Source: Lenisia limosa
Lineage: Eukaryota > Protista > Breviatea
DNA: 37,776 bases
Direction: 5' to 3'
Assembly: GCA_001655205.1 (NCBI GenBank)
Contig: LPNZ01010094.1
Span: forward strand, 1-37,776
The notes beneath the pieces are model-generated. The model saw only the letters and a program-made list of their open reading frames with translations. It was not told where the DNA came from and did not search any database. The stretch's first letter is position 1; the number at the start of each line of letters is the position of its first letter. This document shows, piece after piece, positions 24,001 to 32,627 of the stretch. Position numbers and translations under genes: made by a program.

Positions 24001-27000
24001 ACCCAATCATTTGTCTTACAACTCTGTGCACACAGTTTTTTCCGCGTACATACATAAGATACATATAAGATATGTTTGAAAACTGTGCTCATTCAGCCCT
24101 TTTACGCACCAACACAAATTAGTTACTCTTAAACGCCCACATTCAGCATGGCCCTGAAAACGATGGCCGCTGCCCCTCGACCAATCTCGGGACCAAACTT
24201 GATAGCGTCGGGATCCACTTGCCATGCCGAATAAAGGTTCCGTCGGTCTCGCCTGATCTGCGGACAGATGAAAGGTGAACAAACTTGGGGCACAACTCTG
24301 CAAAAGCATTTCCTATTCTATCTTGGTCCCATTTTCCAAGATGATACCCACACCACCGTACTTTGAGGAGCAGAAGAACAGCAATCATTGACAGGGTCGT
24401 CACAGATGCAATGAAGCCTGCAATGACAACCATACTACAAAGTCAACAGAATTACAACTACCTGAGAATGAATGATGAAATATTAACTATTTAGTTTTAT
24501 TCTATCAGAACTATTCGTCAATTCAGACAACCACGTACCTGGTTTGGTTGTCCAGAATGGTCGCAGGATCTTCAACACTACAGACGTCCAAACTAACGGT
24601 CCATCCAGGCAGCAGCTAGAAGGTGAAATGTAATCGTTTATGGAGAATCGAAGGAATACCTCATCAAACTAATCTCAAATAATCATTGCAAACTACACTA
24701 CAGCAATATGCACAGCTCCAATGTTCTCTGTTGTTGGGAAAATTATGCAACCAAAAAGATGAGATAATATGGATAACCCCCCACAGTGAAACTGCCGTTG
24801 TGGAACTGTGAAATAGACACCATCACCGTTCCTATAAAATGACAAATGCTTATCTTTGAAGAAACAAAGGAAAGTGAGGTGAAGAGGCAAAAGCAAACCT
24901 GTGTTACACTGCTCCTCAAACGGGCCAATCTTGAGCGAGTCCCTTGATTATCATGGGGGGGAAGGGCACAGTATCGTGTACTATGATATACGCTCAAGGT
25001 CCAAAATTAGGTCGTTAATTCGAATTAATGTCGTTAATTATTTACGGTCGCCAAATCAGCTATTCCCCTTCAAAACAGTAATATATTTCTGAGATATTAC
25101 TGTATTTGTTTATGAAAAGAAACATAGAAAAAAAAATAACCTTTCAAAAATTCAGTTTTTTTTTTGCAAGTTCAGCAGACTTTATCGCGAAAATTTAACT
25201 ATTTTGCGCCATTGCGCGATCCTTTTTTACGAGTTAAATTGTTGTGAAGTTGACCGTAACATGAAAAAGAGACCGTCACAGAAAATTGAATTAACAACAA
25301 TAATTCGATATTCACGACATAGTTTAGGACCACGAGTATATACTATATAATACTATTAAGCATTAGATGGAGGCTTTGCTAATGGTTTGTGCCAACTGGC
25401 TTTATGACCAATATGGGGCAATTGCCAGAACTTAAAACCTTGAACCTGATCTACCAAAATGTACCCCCAATACCCAAGGGTGATTTCTCCATAGGTGTAG
25501 ATGGAATCGAGGAAGGACTCCCGAGTGAGCGGCAACTGTGCTCTCTAAAATGTGAACCGTGGTGCTAAAAACATCGAAATTAATTGTTTTCCTGGCATTT
25601 GGCGATGAACTAGAGAACGAATCCTCATATTCCAACGACAACACGTAGGCCTNNNNNNNNNNNNNNNNNNNNNNNNNNNNNNNNNNNNNNNNNNNNNNNN
25701 NNNNNNNNNNNNNNNNNNNNNNNNNNNNNNNNNNNNNNNNNNNNNNNNNNNNNNNNNNNNNNNNAGCCCTCAACCGTACTCGGCGTGGCAAGGGCTAGCA
25801 CGGAGCTGTCTCCGGAGTAGTCCACAAGGTCGGACCGGAATTGGACAATGAACGAATCGTCCGAGTTTGGTAAAGGCACCACCTGTGTCGTCAGATCAAG
25901 GGCTGTAGATCAAAGATGTAGTCAAGCATACCTGACTCAAAAAGACGTTATCGAGGTAGCCAGGCGACTGGTTGTAGAGCTCTTGGAGGGAAAGAGTGCC
26001 TGTGGGCGACAGCATATAGTACACTGTGTTGACTGAAAACCCGTCCTAATGTGTAAACATGTTTGGAGGAATAGAAGAATGATGAGCAATCATAAAAAAA
26101 AACCTCAAGTTTAAATCAAATATTTGTATCAGGGGCACCCTACTTTGAACATTTCGAGCCCTTGGGTAACAGCAACTCCAACACCAAAAATGAAAACTGC
26201 CTAATAAGGTAAGTCGCAAGACCTGAAAACCCCCTGTTATACAAAATCGCCTCATTCCTACATCCGTATTGGGGTGGTCAAACGTCAAGTGCTTGATAGC
26301 CAAGGCAATATTGGTGGAAAAGCGTGGGTAAGATCCCGACGCTGCCAACTATAGCGGGGTTACAATAACGACAACTGTGGCTGCAGTCCCCCTCCGATAC
26401 CAAAAAAGGGTACATGACAACTCTCGATAAATTTCCATAATAACTTCGTGAGGTACTGTTTCCTATGAAATGGGTTCACATTAGCAAGAAAACGACCCTG
26501 GTACTTCATAAGTGAAGCATATCGGACTGCCTTAACACACTAATAGACCCACTGGGAGGCTCAAATTGGCGAGAACTGCCTCCAGTGATGCCAGTGAACT
26601 CTAATCTGTCAGAAGCAGACAACTAGTCAGGCAGTATTTTGAAGGAATGGTCCAACAGAAGAAATCCAAAACAAATTGCATACATATCATATAATATGTA
26701 TCGCATTAATTGGATTAGAATTGTTGTTAAATGAGTACTACATAACTCAAGGATGATCTTACTTCTTCAAACAGTTCTTTCATGAACTCTTCCAACACCC
26801 CTTACAGTTCCAAATTCATCATCCTGGTACAACGCAATGATAACGGGAAGGTCGGCATTTTCGCGAGTTTTATCACCCTGGGAAGTGACGGGCAATGATG
26901 CTGAGGTGAAATGGGTATTTGTGACGGGCAGCTGAGTGAAATGGGTATTTGTGACGGGCAATGATGCTGAGTGAAATGGGTATTTGTAACGGGCAATGAT

Positions 27001-30000
27001 GCTGAGTGAAATGGGTATTTGTGACGGGAAATGATGCTGAGTGAAATGGGTATTTGTAGAGTACAACTCTAATATTGAGTATAGCATTAAATAATTTATC
27101 TAACCCTCACCCCCCTACCACATCGGCACTCACTTCGACATCGAAGGTTTCCACCAGATGGTTGGCCAAATGCGCTATTTCGTCGTAGTAGGAGGCTCGC
27201 ATATGAATCACATTCCTCATAAAGGGATAGCGAAGTCCTGGAATGGTAAATTCTCCCTGATGGAACAATCCCATTTCTGTACAAGATTTTTACTCCCATT
27301 TCTAATAATACATCTCACCACAAACTGCTGAACAGACGTGTAATATTTAATTGTTTAATCCCCCCCCCCCCCCNNNNNNNNNNNNNNNNNNNNNNNNNNN
27401 NNNNNNNNNNNNNNNNNNNNNNNNNNNNNNNNNNNNNNNNNNNNNNNNNNNNNNNNNNNNNNNNNNNNNNNNNNNNNNNNNNNNNNNNNNNNNNNNNNNN
27501 NNNNNNNNNNNNNNCAAAAGAAATAGGATTCTTGTGGAGGAGTAAATTGGGATCCCAGAAACAATAGAGGCCACTCTGTTGGTGTTCCCCTACACAAGAC
27601 CTCAAAAAATGTCTAAATACTGATACACTCTTCTGTAAAGATGAGCTATTTGATCCACTGTGGTGTTAATATGATATGAATCAAGTTCAATGCTGTGATA
27701 CCACCCGAGACCCCCAACCTCCAATGTTGTCTCCGAGCCGAAATAGCCGAACAGCGCAAATACCTCATCATCGTTAAGCAGCTCTTTCGTGTTCATGACT
27801 GTGACATCAGGCTATGTTGGTGAGTTGACTGTTATTACCCAGTGAGGATCTCAGGATGTGAAGATATCATTTCCCATGAATAATATTACATTATCAAATC
27901 TGCTCTCATTGGTATCATCATAACCTGTACATGAACAATGCAAATGGGAACTAAATGACCATTTCAGCCCCCCCCCCCCCNNNNNNNNNNNNNNNNNNNN
28001 NNNNNNNNNNNNNNNNNNNNNNNNNNNNNNNNNNNNNNNNNNNNNNNNNNNNNNNAAAGTCAATTGAAGAAAGTATTCCACAGTAAACATAGTTGAAAAA
28101 GCAAATATAAAAAAGATAGCAAGGAAGGCAATTACGAATTGAGAGTTCTAACCCTGACACTTCAGCCCATATGAATGGAAGAAATTGCCTTCACCTGCCC
28201 ACAGCCCAAATAGCCGCTTGGGCGCCAAATAAAAATTCCAACGCGACTGGATGCTGAGTCTGCGACAAAAACGTGGACTGCAGGGTTAATAAAAGGGCTT
28301 TTCATCAAAATCATATCATCCAATTTCAAATAAAATTCCCAAAGTTCGGCTTCCCTTTTGAGGGAAAATACTCGCCAGCAACAGTGACAAAAATACTATC
28401 CCATCCCCTCCACCTGTCCAAGAACGATTGGTAGCTTATCAATGCTTGTAAAGGGGTCGACACCACAGGACTTCACCTCAAACGCCTCTTCCAAATGGTG
28501 CACTACCGTATCCCCTAAACTTGTCAATTGCCGCTTGAGAGAAATGTAACTGAAAGCAAAAGGGAGACAGTACCAACCAAAAACAAGGTTAATGTCCGTG
28601 AATACTCCGGCAGATGCGGTATTAAGAACTGTCACCTGCAAGGGTCAACATGATTACTCATTCTGAACTTGTGTATTGCTAGAGATGTTCCATTGCTTAC
28701 GTCATCATTGATGTCCATTGATCCCGAAGGAATAGACCCTTGTTTGGCCGAGTAGTAAGAGCCTTGTTTAAGGGGGGTGCCACTCATCGAGCTGGATGAA
28801 CATGATGAGGCTGTTTCCTGATAAAGTAAGCATATGGGAGGGGGGTAGTCCAAAATATCCGTATCCTAGGGTAGGAAAATTGAAATGCTGTTGGTCTCAC
28901 AAATGCAAATGTAAGACCCAGGGTTATTTTGATCAATGAACTGTTTATGTCGTATCTCAATAGTCTGGTACTTCNNNNNNNNNNNNNNNNNNNNNNNNNN
29001 NNNNNNNNNNNNNNNNNNNNNNNNNNNNNNNNNNNNNNNNNNNNNNNNNNNNNNNNNNNNNNNNNNNNNNNACAGCATCCGAACTAGCTTTCAAGTCTTG
29101 TATGACTTCGAAGATATAGGTTACTCTCATGCCCTGCCAAATTAGGAAAGCTCCAAAAGAGGAAAGTGACACGAAATATCACAGTATATAATCCCACCTG
29201 GTTGCAGCGACAATTGCAACTTCGCGTGCCCTTGCAATCCGGTGCAAATGGACCCAGTCGCAACCCCTCAATGTTAACAATTCCGTATTCCAGGAACGCT
29301 GGTGCCATGTCAGCAGCTACAATGCCTGATAAAGTTAGAAGAATGGGTGGTGTCAGTTTATACGTATCACATCAGAAAAGACACTGCACAATAAAGCTAA
29401 TCTTGGAACATCAAGGGACATTGGTATTAGGTAAATAGTGAATTCAAACACTATCCAGTCTTTTCCTCCCAAAATAACTGAGAGGGGTAAAAATTTATAA
29501 AACAAAATAATGCCATCATCATACTAGTCAGGTTTTTATCGAGACTCAGCTCCCGAAGAATACGAATAATCATTTTGCCGAGAAGAAATCCCTCAAGACT
29601 AGAAACGTTAGATGTTATGTGAAATCCCTCAAGACTAGAAACGTAACATGTTATGTGAAATAGACCCCCAAAACATACGCATAAACATCCATTGGCGGAA
29701 CATCGTCCAGTCCATATTTGACCGAACTACAAGCTGCCGCTTGGAGATACGACGAAATGATACAAGACACGGGATCTGAGCAATTTTTCTGAGGGGTGAA
29801 ATGGATTTCTGGTACAACTAAGTACTAACTCTTGGCTGATTTTGAAATTTTGATATTCCAATATTGCAAATATAACAAAAATGTAAATAATGTAAAGGAC
29901 GCGTCTATGAGTCCTCCCATCCAGGTCCCCACATAAGCTTCGGTCATGAAGTCTAACATTGCGGTACGGGTTGCAAGGTCCGGGCTTGTTATGTTGGGTA

Positions 30001-32130
30001 GGAATTGTGAGGGGACAAGAGGAACGGACGAACTGAAAAAGACCTTTGACACAATCTAGAGGATAAGTCCGTTTTGATTGTAGAGAAAAATACTCAAAAG
30101 TTATCTATCATTCCTTTATGCCTGAGTTGGATATTTTGACACAGAAGCCACCCCACAGTTGTGTAGGACACGGCGTTGAGCAAACATGAGGGAGACGTGG
30201 GGGACAAGAAAAACATGTACGTCTGATGGGTAACCATTACACGGTAATTGAGTTTCTCTTTTAAAACACCCCCCCCCCCCNNNNNNNNNNNNNNNNNNNN
30301 NNNNNNNNNNNNNNNNNNNNNNNNNNNNNNNNNNNNNNNNNNNNNNNNNNNNNNNNNNNGAGGACTCCAAGCAGTTTGTGACAAAGAAGACTACCTCAAC
30401 TTGAGTGCTACAATGTCAGACACAAAAGTGTTAACTGTTTCAAAATGTGTACTTGGCTATATTGCTTCTGAGTTATCCAGTTGAAACAGATGCCTGCCCT
30501 CCCACGATGAATCCGCAAAGCCATTCACTGCTTTTTTCGCATCATGAAGATCGATAAATAAAGGAATACTGTGGCTAATCTGTAATCTTTAGTACTTCCT
30601 TCAAAACATGTAAAATCATTTCTTGTTGAAGAGAGGTACGACAACATTCAATGTCATCATACCTTCAGCTTCAACCCGAGCTGGGCCAAAAGAGCCGCTG
30701 TGCCGTCCCGTCCGTCGGAACCTATGGTCGTAAATTGCCGAAGGAATGATAAAAACATTGTATCTAGCCAAAGAAGAGAACATTTTAATAAAGGATGATT
30801 ATGTGCAAGCTGAAATCATTACTCCCACCCACCCTTCCCTAACATATTTCAATGTCCTAAGTCAGACAGAACACCATTACTATACTTACTATACGATATC
30901 CTCCAATTCCCACCATAGGAGTTGTCCACGTAAACAACGCCGAAACGAGATACTCCCATCCGGTCGCGGGCAAAGGTTATCAAAGACACCAATTCGTCGT
31001 AGTAAGAGATTCGCATATTGATGATGTTCTCCTGGTGGTGGTATGGTAATCTCAAATCATATCATTGACAGAAAGGACGATTACGAACGAAATGATTCGA
31101 CTTAAATCAATAAATAGAATGCGCGTTTCATATACAAAGAATAAAAAGGTCCTCAAACAAGAAGAGACTTAAAATTAAAATGAGGTCAATGGTGATACAA
31201 CTCACAAACAACTGGAGCACGCAAAAAATAATATAATATATGTAGATATCGAAGCTTAAATAAAAGTTCGTTCATCCCATCATCCTGCCCACTTTGAATG
31301 GGTTTCTCAAGCTTTGGGCCCCGGAATAGGGGCCGATAATAGGCACTCCAGTCTCAACAGCAACTGTGTAGACCGCCTCAGTTGTGGGCGTCCCCACCAT
31401 GCCTAAGATTGCCAGCGTATCTGGGTCTATATACTATTAGACGAAAATATGCTCTGTTTCTGACACAATCCGTAGGGTGTAATATGGACTTGTTGGAAGT
31501 GGCTTATGTGGGAGGGGTAATGATAAAGAAAATTTGATAAGTTGATGTTATCGTTATTGAGTTTATTCTCTGATATTAAAAAAACATCAAAAACCATCAA
31601 AAACCATCAATAATTCACAAAACAAACACCCCAAGCCAAAGCAAGGGCTTTGGCTTGGGCCCTGCGGTAATGATGCTCTGGCGAGTTGCCATGAGATCAC
31701 AACCCTGTTGTCAACTTCCGATACACCCGCTGGCCTACGATCTTCAACAAGCTGTCTGGTGATAGAAACCGCTTGATCAGCGTCGTATCCGTCGTCAACA
31801 TGAAACAGCTGAAGGCCAACCCCGCCAATACCGCCCCTGAAGATCATAAATAAGGTTCACTTAGATGCTTAGAGCAGAGTAAGACCAGCAACAGCCCTAT
31901 GATTTCAATTGCAGGGAAGATATCAAAAAACAAAAAACCAACTTTTCATTTTCCTTTGATAGCGCAAGCACAACACCTTTCAAGTAAGAATCTCCAAGAA
32001 GGAAGGCTGATCCGCTGATAGACGTTGATGAAACAAAAGTGAAATTCGCCGTGCAGTCAGTACATGGTTTAACTTCGTATAACGAAGCAAACGCTATGTA
32101 CGGACACAGCAGCAAAACTAAGAGTAACAT
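18008..32130 (-). CDS. Single-pass receptor: signal peptide - 2x type I periplasmic-binding (VFT) domains - TM - TKL Ser/Thr kinase - degenerate guanylyl-cyclase-type domain - Pro/Ser-rich tail (about 45 exons)
   Basis: ATG at 32130 ([16 protein letters not shown]), followed by a chain of phase-compatible exons carrying all the motifs listed in the domain features. The putative last exon ends [19 protein letters not shown] at 18008. A few exon edges fall in N gaps, so continuity as one gene is inferred from consistent domain order and phases. Confidence 0.85.
18398..18457 (+). repeat. Copy A of a perfect 60-bp inverted duplication (partner 25593-25652)
   Basis: AGGCCTACGTGTTGTCGTTGGAATATGAGGATTCGTTCTCTAGTTCATCGCCAAATGCCA; its exact reverse complement lies at 25593-25652. 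Confidence 0.95.
19450..20850 (-). other. Class III nucleotide cyclase domain of receptor-GC type, predicted inactive
   Basis: [10 protein letters not shown]|[18 protein letters not shown]|VMRNFEEIT (cf. [34 protein letters not shown]); [17 protein letters not shown]|NSFLMVGGL (cf. DVYKVETIGDAYMVVSGL); [24 protein letters not shown]|DTVDTCNRI (cf. [33 protein letters not shown]). Confidence 0.85.
20950..24257 (-). other. TKL-group protein kinase domain (Raf/MLK/CTR1-like), catalytic motifs retained
   Basis: [28 protein letters not shown]|GTPVAVKVF ... [14 protein letters not shown]|[12 protein letters not shown] ... [16 protein letters not shown] ... [16 protein letters not shown]|VSDFN ... 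[17 protein letters not shown]|VLWELAT..PY ... [10 protein letters not shown]. Confidence 0.92.
24362..24434 (-). other. Transmembrane helix exon of the receptor
   Basis: [24 protein letters not shown], followed in the next exon by the basic stop-transfer segment IRRDRR. Confidence 0.9.
25593..25652 (-). repeat. Copy B of the 60-bp inverted duplication, intronic, abutting an N gap
   Basis: Exact reverse complement of 18398-18457; it ends at the first N (25653). Confidence 0.95.
26885..27055. repeat. Intronic minisatellite, five copies of a ~35-bp unit
   Basis: Unit GTGACGGGCAATGATGCTGAGTGAAATGGGTATTT; copy lengths 36, 30, 35, 35 and 35 nt, head-to-tail with no spacers. Confidence 0.95.
29585..29656 (-). 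repeat. 36-bp tandem duplication spanning a 3' splice site
   Basis: GAAATCCCTCAAGACTAGAAACGTTAGATGTTATGT followed by GAAATCCCTCAAGACTAGAAACGTAACATGTTATGT (two mismatches). Each unit contains TTTCTAG|TCTTGAGGGATTTC on the - strand. Confidence 0.95.
31630..31659. repeat. Perfect 13-bp hairpin in a receptor intron
   Basis: CCCAAGCCAAAGC-AAGG-GCTTTGGCTTGGG. Confidence 0.9.
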
Positions 32131-32627
32131 CGAAGTTAGTCCATCTGTATGTTGGCTAGAGGCCCAAAAAGAGCTATAAATGTCACACTAGTGTAGCTGT
32201 AACTAAATAATACAGCTTTTTATCCTCTAAACGTCCAACTGCGCAAATAATCGAAAAATGTTGCCTCGGAAGCGAGGAAGCTTCGGAAGCAAATATAGAC
32301 CATCATAGGCTTTAAAACCTATGATTAATTTATAAATTTAAGTTAACTAGTTGCTATGAAGAATATTGCTTGGTAGATAGCCTGGTTAATCCCTTGAAAC
32401 TAGAAGTACTTATGGACCATTGGTTACTTTTTAGCCACCGAAAATTCCTCTTCATCCTAAGATCCTCAGAACCTTAGAAAGATTTGTAATCTTATGTAAT
32501 TATTCTGTGTATATATTACTGAAACCTTTTGATTTATAAGCTCTTAAAGCTTCATCATCTTCTAGAGTTTTTGCTCTGCCTGTTTTAAGCATAGACGTGG
32601 ATAACATGTTGTAATTCTATTATAATA
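32131..32627. promoter_or_regulatory. Putative bidirectional promoter region
   Basis: 497 bp between two divergent start codons (32130 on -, 32628 on +). Inferred from gene arrangement only. Confidence 0.5.

Larger units (their letters stand above)
24540..28641 (-). other. Receptor ectodomain, VFT/PBP1 repeat 2
   Basis: [24 protein letters not shown]; [11 protein letters not shown]; [18 protein letters not shown]; NVFLSQ|[21 protein letters not shown]; [12 protein letters not shown]; [13 protein letters not shown]. Confidence 0.8.
29072..32130 (-). other. Receptor ectodomain, VFT/PBP1 repeat 1 (branched-chain amino-acid-binding-protein-like)
   Basis: LALSKENEK|[33 protein letters not shown]; [34 protein letters not shown]; [26 protein letters not shown]; [16 protein letters not shown]; [22 protein letters not shown]|GMRVTY. 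Confidence 0.85.

Noticed and set aside
25432-25791. ORF reading [19 protein letters not shown] as a receptor exon
   Set aside because: It is the antisense reading of the 60-bp duplicate. The PBP-homologous exon ([12 protein letters not shown]) uses a different frame after its own acceptor.
26885-27055. 35-bp repeats as a CRISPR array
   Set aside because: The units are head-to-tail with no unique spacers, lie in a eukaryotic intron, and have no cas genes nearby.
32263-32290. Three GGAAGC motifs as ETS/GABP-type bidirectional promoter sites
   Set aside because: The motifs are short, ETS factors are essentially animal-restricted, and there is no independent support.
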